Origin: Utricularia gibba
Taxonomy: Eukaryota; Plantae; Magnoliophyta
DNA: 64,000 nucleotides
NCBI GenBank assembly: GCA_002189035.1
Contig: NEEC01000025.1
Coordinates: forward strand, 62,001-126,000
Direction: 5' to 3'
Shown here: piece after piece, positions 1-11,388 of the stretch
Layout: each line of letters opens with the position of its first letter
How positions within the stretch are numbered: position 1 is the stretch's first letter
Position numbers and translations under genes: made by a program
The notes under the pieces: generated by a model
The model's input: the letters and a program-made list of their open reading frames with translations, nothing else
Database searches by the model: none
What the model was told of the DNA's origin: nothing

Positions 1-1314
1 TGGCTGCATCCCTTCATGAATATGCGACCCACCATTCGCAGAGGTAGACGGTAACTCATGGCTGTGAGCATCTGCAGTCATCTCCTGGACCGGTGGTGGG
101 TTCACGACGGTCATCGCAAACGTGCTGTCATCGGCAAGCCGAGCCTTCATCTCCCGGTGCTCCTGGCACAACGCGCACCAGTGCAAGCAGCAGTGTACCA
201 TACAAGGATCACATGGCGAGTTCTGCATGGTCATAGGCAAGGGGAGAATTGGAAACCTCCACAAAAGTTCTCTGTCATGAGGAAGGAGTTGATGCGAATT
301 CCTTAAGGCAGTACCTTGAGGTGATACTTCTTCTGCAGTGTCTGCCGAGCAAGGCCTGTGTAAATCCCACACATCCACCAACTGAAAAGGAGTCCTTCAA
401 GGATGAGGAATGTTGTCCTTGGTTCGATCACACCATGTACAGCAGCAGCAGTTGCAGCCAGTGCCAGTCCACCTTCAACAAAGATGGCATGACAGATACA
501 TGGACCAGTCCATGGAGTGTCCTCTTTCATCTGCTCAAAATTGCGTCCGAAGAGAACGCATGGGCAGAGCAACCCGGTCCTGCCTATTCCATGACAGCAA
601 GAGAGCAGCTGGTTACTGGATAGGAAGGCAACATGACATCATGCTGCCGATGCAGCATCATTTTAAGATAATGCATAAAATACAACTGAAATGCCTCTCA
701 GAGGTTGAAAAGCATGAACACTGGCTTTATGATGATGTCATTAAAGAACTTACAGCTCTCATTGTCCTGTGCACAATCGAAAATTCCAGATGTCCAAGGC
801 TCATCTGCTGGAGCTTGATAGCTCTCTGGTAAAGGCTGTCCACACTCACTGCATTTCCTAGTATGCAACTGCAAAGAATAATTGGATCTACTTTAAAATG
901 TAGTTGACATTCTCATTGAAAATCGAACGAGCCTTGATAAACATAATGAAAAGGAAACGTGAGGATCAACAAAAAAAACCAGGGGTGAGACTGAATACAT
1001 TGCAGAGTCAAAATGAAAGAGAACATATAAATTTTTGTTAGCAAATGGGACCATCATGACCGATCGATCACCAGATCAAGAGTCCCTAAGCAAGGTAGCA
1101 CTTTTATTACACATTTCCCTCCTCAGATTCAGTCCAAAGTAAACTTTACAATAAACAGGTAATCATGTACGAATGCCGAAGCGCTAAGGGAAATGAAACA
1201 AGACCTGAGGTACATCGATGGGCATATTAAGTTCGCCGGGTTTAATATCCTCCAATGGCGCCTGCTCCTTCGTCAATTTCACATAACTCGTCGGTGATTC
1301 ATCTCTTCTGCCAT
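1..1314 (-). CDS. PLAC8 / cell number regulator 6-like Cys-rich protein; 4 exons (~1314-1207, ~869-754, ~585-315, 222-1); 3' end runs off the window; apparent 1-bp deletion at ~1293
   Basis: Spliced translation gives [28 protein letters not shown] / [32 protein letters not shown] / [11 protein letters not shown]...[20 protein letters not shown] / [25 protein letters not shown], typical of PLAC8. GT-AG borders read by eye. ATG at 1314 is out of frame by one base. Confidence 0.9.
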
Positions 1315-2356
1315 TTTCACAGATCTGACCAGAATCCAGGGACCCAAATTCAAGATCCGCAAAAAGCAACTCGTAACACAAGTCAACGAAAATCAAATCA
1401 CCTGACACCCAGCACAAACGCAAAATGCTACTGAATATAGTTTGTATGCTAACAAAAAAATCACCCTAACTGCCAAAGAAACGACTAACCAATCCTCGGA
1501 GAAAACAACCCAAGTCGCCTTGGTACCCAGATGAAGTGAACTTAGACTTCCGGTCTACGGGTTTTACCGTTTTTCAGTCCCCTCTCCACTGTCAACGCGG
1601 CGTGCAGTTGAGTGTTATTAAAACATACGGCCCATCAACAAGGCTCACAGTTCATTGAGCTACTTCGTCATGGCCCAATATCACCCCAAGAGCCCATTAT
1701 CAGGCCCAATATCGCATCTAAATAAATTTCATTCCTAGATCAGTATTAGTTTGCTTTAGTGTTACATTTCAATAACTAATCATTCATAAATTCATAATCT
1801 AATGTACAAATACGATGATACCGATCGAATGGTTTGAACGCTATGCTTCATCTACTTTAGATCATATTAATCCCAAAATAACCATAAGTTTTGTTTGAAA
1901 CATATTCTATTTTTATACAAATATATAAGTTTTGTAATAAAATATGATTGATTTTAACTTCAAAAATTTAGACGTATTTTTCTTATTTTTTTTTAAAATA
2001 CAGAATATTAACTTATGATTTCAGGTTTATCATAAATATGTTATAAAAAATAATTTTCAAAAAGTTATATAAAAAGGAGGATTAGTTGTGGCTAATTTTA
2101 ATAATCACTTTATGACAATAAGTATTTTGGTAGTGAAGGTGTGGTACGCCATAAACGGAAACAAAGGTGGATATTTTGTTGTCGTACAGCTAAAGGTGGT
2201 ATGGAATTAAATTGTGGCAAATGGGGGATAAAAAGTGGTAAATGTGATATTTAGTAATTCCATTGAATAACAGTCGACGAGAACCGGTACGGTGGTTGGG
2301 TTAGATATTTAGATTATGGACGGCATTCACTTTTAATGCGTGAAAGAAAGGAGAAG

Positions 2357-2800
2357 TTACCGCCGGAAAGCAGCGGCGGAGGCGACCCAGGCGGCGTCGC
2401 GGGGCACGATTTGCCCCTGCGCCGCCACGATCGCCTTGTAGATCTCAACAATCGTCCGCTCATCGTACTCCTTAACCGGCCGAGATCCGAACCCTGCCAG
2501 TCCGTCGGCGCGGTAACCGGCCCCGATCGCCGGCGAATTCGCGAGCCTCACCATCGCATTGACATAAGCGTCCCGCAGTCCGATGAGAAACTTCTTCGGA
2601 GAGAAGCGGAACCTGAGTCTCAGCCGAGGCGAGAGCTTAAACTTCCAGAAACGACGTCGTCTCCGAGACGGCTCCGTCGAAGGCAATTCCAAAATCCGAC
2701 ACGCCTTGCTCCGGCCCGCGGCTGTACGGAGACGAATGTAGCCTCTTCTCCGCCAGTAGCTTCGGAATCCCCTGAATGCCGTTGCAGAAATCCCTTCCAT
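2357..2800 (-). CDS. Single-exon uncharacterised basic plant protein (YWRRRGY...SPKKF...LRDAYVNAM...KEYDERTIVEIYK family)
   Basis: 147-aa ATG-initiated ORF with motifs I recognise from a conserved angiosperm family of unknown function. Confidence 0.8.
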   Translation of the reverse strand: MEGISATAFRGFRSYWRRRGYIRLRTAAGRSKACRILELPSTEPSRRRRRFWKFKLSPRLRLRFRFSPKKFLIGLRDAYVNAMVRLANSPAIGAGYRADGLAGFGSRPVKEYDERTIVEIYKAIVAAQGQIVPRDAAWVASAAAFRR

Positions 2801-3757
2801 AACCGTCCGCGTTCCAATTTTTTCGAGAAAACTCCTGCAAAATTAGACGAAGCGAGACGATCTCCTGTTTCAGGTAGAAAAATGGAGCGGTAGGGAGTAG
2901 ATTAGCCGATGTTTGGAGGAGACGGAGGCGCAGAGGTGGAGGCATTTATGCTGCCTGTCGCTGTAAACCGTATATTAGGTTAGGAGTGGCGGACACTAAA
3001 TGCTGGGTGCGCCATTCGTCCGGCAATTAAGCATTTCTTATTTTTTTATTTATTATTCTATTTCTAAAATCAATTAAATTAATATTTTCAATTAAAAAAT
3101 ATCCAACATTAAATTCTAAACTTAGTATAAGTTTATGAGCAAAATGCACCCAATGTTATTACATTATATCTCATCTAATCCTTACTATGGGGCGAATTCG
3201 ATCCAACTTTTCGAAATGGAATTGGAATTGATCACCACAATGTGGTTCGAAATGGAACCTAAATCTAGAATTATAAGATCTGATCGTGAATTATCGATCT
3301 ATTATCAAAATGTAATAGAAAAAACAAAAATTATAAAAAATTGTATGAAATAAGCACTAAATAGGGTTGGTAGCTAGTGCTGCCCAAGGCAGAAATGCAT
3401 CCATCCACCTAATTGGGGAGGTTCAATCACATACTAAATGCAGACCAAATACGCGAATTGTGTAGAATTTAGGGGCTAAACAATCAAAGAATAGGAGTTA
3501 ATGGAACTTTGGGGTCAGATTGGAGATTATTTTTACATAGAATAGTGAAGAGCGAAGACGATCAGCCAATGCCTATACTTTAACTACTTGGTTACCTTGT
3601 AAAAGAAGAGCAACGCTACAATAAGTTTGGATATTTGCGATTTTGTCCCCTTTTTTTACCGATTTTTCGGTTTCCGCCCCAATTTTCCCCACGTCAAAAC
3701 CCCTAATTCCTAGAAATTCAAGTACAACCTCTACAGCACGATGTACTACACTGCAAG

Positions 3758-4301
3758 CTAACCACACACGGCAGCCCTGCAGCAACTAAGCGACATCAAA
3801 AGCAGCGCCGCCCGCTCCTCCTCCCTCAGCTTCCCCAACAACTTACCGTATCTCTGCAAAACGACGTCGCTTCCAAAACCACTGAACCGCATTTTCAAAA
3901 TCTCGCTCACCTCCTCGCTGCGGTTCGAGGTAGGTCGCTTCTTTTTCCGGCTGCCTCTCGCTGTCTCTAGACCGAGAAGCTGCCGCCGCTTCTTGTTGTA
4001 CTTGATCCCGCAGGCATTGCACAATGACTATCGAAAAATAAGAGAACAAAAAATCTTCACGATTTTGTTTTCAAAATAGGCTCCTCTTAGTCCACTCAAT
4101 CGTACCTTAGGTCCGGCAGGCCCGCCGCGCCAGAGAGGAGTTCGCGTTGTGTGGCAATCGCTGCAGCTTTTCAAAATGTGCTTAGCCTTGCCATCGGTCT
4201 CCGCTTTCTGTAAAAGAAACTGCATAAAATCAGGCGACTACGCTCGAAAGAACATCAGGTGCCTCTATTCCTCACCATTTCGTCTTTCCGATCCAAATCA
4301 T
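3758..4301 (-). CDS. Short GATA zinc-finger transcription factor (GATA15/16/17-like); 3 exons; probable 1-bp deletion in exon 1
   Basis: CSDCHTTRTPLWRGGPAGPK|SLCNACGIKY C-x2-C-x18-C-x2-C finger plus C-terminal EEERAALLLMSLSC motif. Exon 1 (4301-4276) is 26 nt; one more base gives MDLDRKDEM in frame. Confidence 0.88.
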
Positions 4302-5277
4302 CGGCCTCCGATTCCATACCGCAAAGCAGACCCAACGCAGTCAACTACGACGGAAGGGACGAGAATGTGACGACTGAAGAGAGCCGGGAGGGAGAAGCCG
4401 ATATTTCAGGCCAAGTGAAAAAGGATCAGCCGCCAGTGCGTGTAGTGTGTGTTCCCTTTTTATATATACGGCTGTCTGTTAATTGTGGAGGGCGGGCCGC
4501 ATCACGGAACCCTAGCTGACTCTAGATTCCCATGGTATTGACGATTATACCCCTCCTGATTTTCAAATTTCAAGTTGTCCCCTTGCCCTCTCCCTCATCC
4601 CTTGAAAAAACAAATACCATTTCCCTATTTTCAAAACATTTCTCATGATACTATACACCAGGCTGCAAGGTATTCACAATGCTGATGACACACATTCCCT
4701 ATAACACATTCAACTTGAGAGTTCTGAAGGGGAAAACTCCCTGCAAGACTAATGGCATTGTTCAACTAAAATCCTTCCCAAATCCCATGTTACTGCAAAT
4801 CTAGTTGTGTTGATTGAGTAGGAAACTGCAGGCAGGCGCAACAGGAGATGTTTTTGTGGTATCATGTACCTGGATAACTACCTCTGTAGTCCTGGTTGCC
4901 ATCTCTGGAGCTCCATTGAGTGCAGCCTCTGAGGTCGTCTTCCTGGAGCAGGGGAAGCTAGAAATGCAGAAGAGACTGCTTCACAAACAGCAGCTTGTTT
5001 ATTTCACTCGGCAAGCTTTGAGGGTGAAACATGAATTGTTTTACAGGCAGCCCCCTTGACCAGCCACAGCACAAACTCTACACAATTTAGGAACAAGGGC
5101 GTCTTTACAGGAGGGAGAGGCCGAGAGACGGCCATACTCTGGCCTCCAAGCAAAAAAGGGCATACAACATGAGTCTGCAGACTCAAAACAACCGTCAGGA
5201 CTAGACATTTGCTTTTATTTACTCGATGGACCGACATGGAAAACGGTATCTGTGTTGCCAACCTCCAAGACCCCGAC

Positions 5278-5303
5278 AAGACAGACAGACAGACAGACAG
5301 ACA
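5278..5303. repeat. (GACA)n microsatellite
   Basis: agacagacagacagacagacagacag read directly. Confidence 0.9.
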
Positions 5304-5778
5304 GAAGGAGGGGAGAAGGAAACGGGGGCTCATTTTCAAGCATTCGACTGAGGATACCGTAACCATAGCAGATGCTAATGAAAGAAACTTTTCCTTGCCT
5401 TGCCTTCATCTGTATCTGGCATATGGTTACTTGACGTAAGACTCACGACCCGACACGCGAACACGAGCCAACTAAAGTTCAGTCATCCGCAACAACCATG
5501 CACCTGTACATTGCGAATATCACCATAAGATTAACAAAAAGGGGGCCAAAAAAATCTTGGGAAACATCATATCTGGTGCGGGGACAGAAAGGCAATGCAA
5601 AAATTGGCTCCATTTTCCCATAACATAAAAGATGCTGCATTGTTTCCGAGGTGGCCATGTTTTTTTTCGTTACAGCATAATTTAATCTCAAATATAATAT
5701 GGCCCGCACACAAAAGGACATTGGAGAAAAACTACTCGATGAGACCCCACCTAAGAAAACTAAGTAGAGAAGATTACC

Positions 5779-8300
5779 TCACGAAAATTTGAAGCCTCCC
5801 GATGGAAGAGTGTTTTCAGCACTCCCAAAGTGGAAACCAGATTGTTGAGCATCACCAGAAACCAGTTGCTCATCTTCTGCTTCCAACCAATACGTTTCAA
5901 GAATCTTCACTGCCTTCTCGTAAATTTCATTGTTGTCGTGATTCTGAAGGTTCTCAATTTTCTCTAGACCTTCTGCCTCGTCGATCAACTGAGCAAAAAC
6001 GTTCACATCTCCAGTGTTACCTTGGTTTTTTTCGGCCTCCCCAACCTTGAGGATATTTTCTAGGCCCTCCAAGCAAACTGTCACAATTCTTGGGTCGGGG
6101 CAAATTAGAAGGTCACAGAGTGGCTTGATACACCCCTTGCTGACCAAAAACCTACGAAAGCAGTGGGTTAATATTTGGGGGATGTAGATGAATTTCAGCG
6201 ATGAAAAACACGGTAATAAACAAATTATACTTGATTTGATCATGTGTTCCTCCAGAAGTGGCATTGGAAATGGCCCAGGCAGCCTCTTTCTTTATCTCGA
6301 ATTCAGCATTTTGAAGCAGGTGGACAAGGGGAGATATGATACCTGATTCAATCACAGCCTGCACAATCAAGCCGACTTTCACATACCAGAACATTAAAAA
6401 AATAACAGTGCAAAAATACCCATTAATAAAACCCAAAAATCACGAGACCTCTAAGCAAGATTACCTGGATCTGACCCCTATTTCCAGCGGTAATATTTGA
6501 TATAGTCCAGCAAGCTTCTTTTTTTATGCTTTTCTTGTAATTTTGCGTCAACAAGTTAAGCAAGCATGGAAGAGCCCGGTTATCAATAATCACCTGTGAA
6601 AATTTTTAAAATTATAGCGAGTTTGTGATTCAACCATGAAAGAGAGTGCTGGTTCGTACCAATGAATAATAATATGATATCAGAGAAAAAGAAAGGAATT
6701 GTTGAGAAATAAATCAAACATCAAAGGTCAAAATTTATGGCTTAGACTAAATATTATTAGGGAGTACATCTATACCTGAGTCTGGAAGTCATCACCAGTT
6801 ACAATATTGCCAACAGTACGCAGTGCAGGAATCAAAACAGATGGTGAAGGGTGCCTGAGATAATGCAGTAAGTAATTAAGATTTCATGCAATAAATATAC
6901 AACTAATATCAAAGTCATTACTTACAGAAGAAGCTCAACCAGACGAAGGCATACACCAGCCTCAATCACAGCTTGTATTTTATCATTGACACCATCCGAT
7001 AAATAGGAAAGCGCCCAACATGCATCTGTCAGGACTTCTTCATCACTCGTATGTAATAGACGAGCAAGAGTTGGTAGCGCCGCTCTAACCTGATCATTTA
7101 ATACTCGGAGAAATTATTATGATTGCTAAACTAGCAGTAAACAGAAAAACACATATGGAAGACAGGTTTAACATCAAACCTGATCAAACTGGGGTTGTGG
7201 CTTTCCACGACAGAAGTTAGACAACGTCCATGTTGCATTTCTCAGCATGGAAAGCTTGGCTTGATCACTGAATTGAGCCAGTAAAGGAATCAACGCCCCA
7301 CATCCAAGAACAAGGTCACGGCATTTTGGTGAGTCACCAGCAACGTTTCCTAAAGCCCAGACAGCCTAAATGGTCCATTAGTCAAAATCGGACAATAAAA
7401 AGGACAGAAAAAGGAAAAAGAGTTACTGCATAGGTATAAGCCAACAATAAATCCATATGCCAGTTGGTTTGAATGCATAATGAAGTATGCACCTGCTCGC
7501 GTACATCATCACTTGGAGATGTAAGAAGCCCTACAAAAATTGGAACAGCACCATGATCGATCACAACCTTGGTGTTGTCAGAGGTTCCAGAAGCAATGTT
7601 CGTGAGAGCCCAAGCAGCCTCAAACTAAAATACCAAAGTAACCGTACAAGTCAAAACAAAGGAAGTTCTAAATTGATATAAACAGACGAGATATACGAAG
7701 GACTACTTGAAGCTGGGGATAATCGTCTCTGGATAGAAACTCAACAAACCGTGGCACCACGCCGGACTGTATTACTTCCTCGATTGGGGGGTTACGCTCT
7801 GTAAAGCATAAAAGCAAGACACATAAGAATCCCACAACAAAAACGAAAAGTTAAAGAAAAGCCAGCATCCTACCTATCGAGAGAAGTTTGCGGAATTGTG
7901 TTGTCGCCTCAAGCAGCAGTCCAGGATCATTTGACCACACGCCAGCCACCATAGCTGCGAGGCTTTCTAACTGAAGAGCAAGAAAAGCAAGCTCAGAATG
8001 CAAAGAATTAAGAAATCAGGCAAACTGTCCACACCGATCAGATCCAAACGATCTGTATCAAGTTAAACCATATCCCTAGAACCCAATTACCTTCTTATCC
8101 AGCAGCGGAGCGGTGACTGCAGTCGGAAACTGCTGAACCTGGAAGCCCTCGCGACGTTTCTTCAGCAAATTCTCCTCCCTTTTACTCTTCCTGATCTCAA
8201 CCATATTGTCCTCCCTCCGCCGCCGCCCCTCATCCGCGTCCACCGCCACCTTGTACCGGCTCCGCCGGACCTCCGTCTTCGCGCTAGGTCTCAACGACAT
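5779..8300 (-). CDS. IMPA: Importin subunit alpha (IBB domain plus ARM repeats), about 10 exons
   Basis: [41 protein letters not shown]; ARM motifs [68 protein letters not shown]; stop TGA at 5781-5779. Confidence 0.97.
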
Positions 8301-8729
8301 GGTATCAGAAACCGCGATAATTAATAATACAATCAAATCACGGGACGCAACAATTGCTCGCCCACTGCTCCGATTGAACTGGATATCGGAAATTCAACTC
8401 CGGTAAACCGGATGGATTCCGGGAGTAAATGCAACGCACAGGATGAAAAGGGGCGACGTTCATGGAAATCTCCAGCAATTAATACGGATTTCTCTGTCAC
8501 CACCGTCCGTGTCCCAATCCACGCTCCATTTCTCCACCTTATTTACGATTTTGCCACTAGTTTTTAATCATTCAATTTGCCACCTGTATTTTTTTTAAAA
8601 AAATTGATTTCGAGTCGGCCCATTGGGCGTCTGAAAAGTGTTTCGGTCAGGCCCATTATAATTTTTGGGCTTTTGCTACGGAGCCCATGCATGATAAGAA
8701 CGACCGTGGAGGACTGAGGGCAAGATAAG

Positions 8730-10536
8730 ATGAAAATGGAGCGGAAACTCTCTCGTGTGGGGAGAAGGATTCCGGCCTCACCAATCCAACGGTTATCCCG
8801 TCTGGCGCAGAAATGCAACGCCGTGGATCTCTCCGAAGGGTTTCCAGATTTTCCGGCTCCCGAAGAATTCAAACAAGCCGCCGTTGCCGCTATCAACTCC
8901 GACTTCAATCAGTACAGGTTTTGCTTTCCTTTTTTCGTTTTTCATTTCATTTTCATGCTGTCCACTTCAACAAGTTCTCTTCTTGCAAGTCTCAGACACG
9001 TACAAGGCGTTTGTGATCTTGTGGCGGCGAGGATGCTGCCAGTGGAAGTTGACCCTTCAACGGATGTGGTCATCTGCTGTGGCCAATCGGGGGCCTTTAC
9101 CGCCGCCATGTTTGCAGGTATGAATGAAGCAGTAACCAACGTGCGCAATTTGTGTTTGAAAATATGAGTTTAACGGTATTTTGCAATGCTTTTGTGTTCA
9201 GTGATCGATCCTGGGGACGAGGTAATCCTGTTTGATCCATCCTATGAGACATACGAGACTTGCATCAGGCTTGCTGGAGGAGTCCCAGTAAGAGATGTCT
9301 AATGTAATTTCTATAGAGTAACAGTTTGAAATGTAATGGAACTGCTAAATTGTCTGAACAATAACTCTTATCAAATCATCCAATCTCCAGGTATATGTGG
9401 ATCTGGAACCTCCTCACTGGACGCTGAATCGAGATCAGTTGGAAAAGTCATTCACCGAAAAGACCAAGGCCTTGGTCTTGAACAGGTAGAGGGAGCAAGA
9501 ATCTTTAGTTGGGGACGAAGCACTGGCCTGATGCTCATTTATGTGACTGTATCAGTCCTCACAACCCAACTGGGAAAGTTTTCACCAAGGATGAGCTTGA
9601 GATCATCGCCGGAGCTTGCAGAAGTCGAGATGTGTTTGCTGTTACAGATGAAGTATGTCTTTCCTAGTTGAGATTGCTGTCTTTTCGAACTAACTTTCCC
9701 TTCTGCTGGTTCTGTCACAGGTGTACGGGCATTTAACTTACGATGGTGTGCCACATATATCTATTGCTTCACTTCCTGAAATGCAAAGGCAGACCATAAT
9801 CACATCTTCGTTGTCAAAAACTTTCAGTCTGACCGGTAAATAATTATGCAGAATCTCTTACGTTTATCGTACTGTTATGATCAAGTTGGGGTGTTCACAA
9901 ATGCAGGGTGGAGAGTTGGATGGGCGGTTGCACCTCGAAGCATCGCCTCTGTGATACGAAACATCCACGTAAAACTCAATGATTCTGCTCCAGCACCTTT
10001 TCAGGAAGCTGCCTTGGTAGCTCTAGCAAGCCCACCTGCATACTTCGATGCATTGCAAAGAGTAAGAGCTGGATTTAGATGCTCATCAGGTCGCTACCTG
10101 CTAGATTGATTATTCTTTCCCCAGGAGTACACATCAAGAAGGGACTCCCTTTTCAAAACTCTCACCGACATTGGGTTCAGCATAGAGTTCAAGCCTCAGG
10201 GTTCAACTTTTATATTTGCACAGCTCCCTGCAAGGTGCCCTCTATCAGACGTGAGATCCCTTTACAACTCACCAGCCTTGACATCCTGTTTGAATTATCC
10301 ACTCATGAATATCATTGTAACTGCAGGTCGAATTCATTGAGGAACTGATTAAGCAAGCAAGGGTGGTAGCAGTACCTGGATGTGGCTTCTTCCATCGTGA
10401 AAATGCTTCTTCAGATCATTTTTCCAGGAGGTATATAAGATTTGCGTTCTGCAAGAAGGATGAAACTCTGGCTGCTGCGGCAGTGAAACTGATGAAGCTA
10501 GTTGACAATGAAACTGGACATTTCAAGCTATTTTGA
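8730..10536 (+). CDS. PLP-dependent class I/II aminotransferase (kynurenine/methionine aminotransferase-like), 9 exons
   Basis: AVDLSEGFPDFPAP, VILFDPSYETY, LVLNSPHNPTGKVF, VTDEVY, PLP-lysine region SSLSKTFSLTGWRVGW, YIRFAFCKKDETL; all exons join in frame; stop TGA at 10534-10536. Confidence 0.92.
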
Positions 10537-11388
10537 CGAGTATAAGAGGTTTCTGGTGAGCATTCGTTTTCCATCAGCATGGATTCACTTTCCAAGAATA
10601 CTATATTAAATCAAGCATCTATGTAGAGTCAATATTTTCTATTCATCAACATTGTGAAGTATTCAATGATATTCAAGAAAGTCCTATAGAAACTGTTCTA
10701 ATATCAGCTCAATTCGAGAGATAAACGTGCAAACAGTTTCTGCTTGTAGAGCTTCGGCCACCTTCATTGCCAGAACCGGGTGCCACACTCCAAGTACTCT
10801 ACTTGAGATTCCATACAGTCTTGAAGCATGATTCTGACGCAGTAAAGAGTACATGAATCAGATCAAAGAGAGGCAAAGTCAAAACAACAGACGATGAGTG
10901 ACTGACCTTGCATTTTGATGGTAACATGCAACTTGATCAGTGATTTGCAGGAATTTTAAGCATCATCAACCAACATTGTTTTAATATCATAAATAAGTTC
11001 ATCTGACAATAATGTGACAAACTCCCATTTAAACAGGGAATCAGCAACTACTACACTCTATGCGGGTAGCATCTACCGAAATCCTATCTTAGCAAAACGC
11101 ATACATCATAAACACAAGCACGTTATCGGCATGAAGACAGCATCAAGTCCTTCGGTCTCACAATAAACATCAATGATATCGAGCACTCAACACGAAAAAT
11201 TAGTTTCACTCTTTATAGTAGTGAACAATTCACGATATCAGGCATAAGATGATATATATCCCATAAAATGACATGTTTTCCTGCAAGAAGAGTATGGGCG
11301 GTTATATAATGCAGCAAAAGAGGAAAAAAAAAATCTCCAAAGAAAACAAGTGAATCTAGACCTTCATAACTAAGTACCGCATACATTC

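Noticed and set aside
4912-4926. CATTGAGTGCAGC matches 13 nt of miR397; nearby GAGCTCC and TTTAGGAACAAGGG weakly recall miR159 arms
   Set aside because: The 3' portion diverges and I could not form a matching star-arm hairpin. Partial matches like these are expected by chance.
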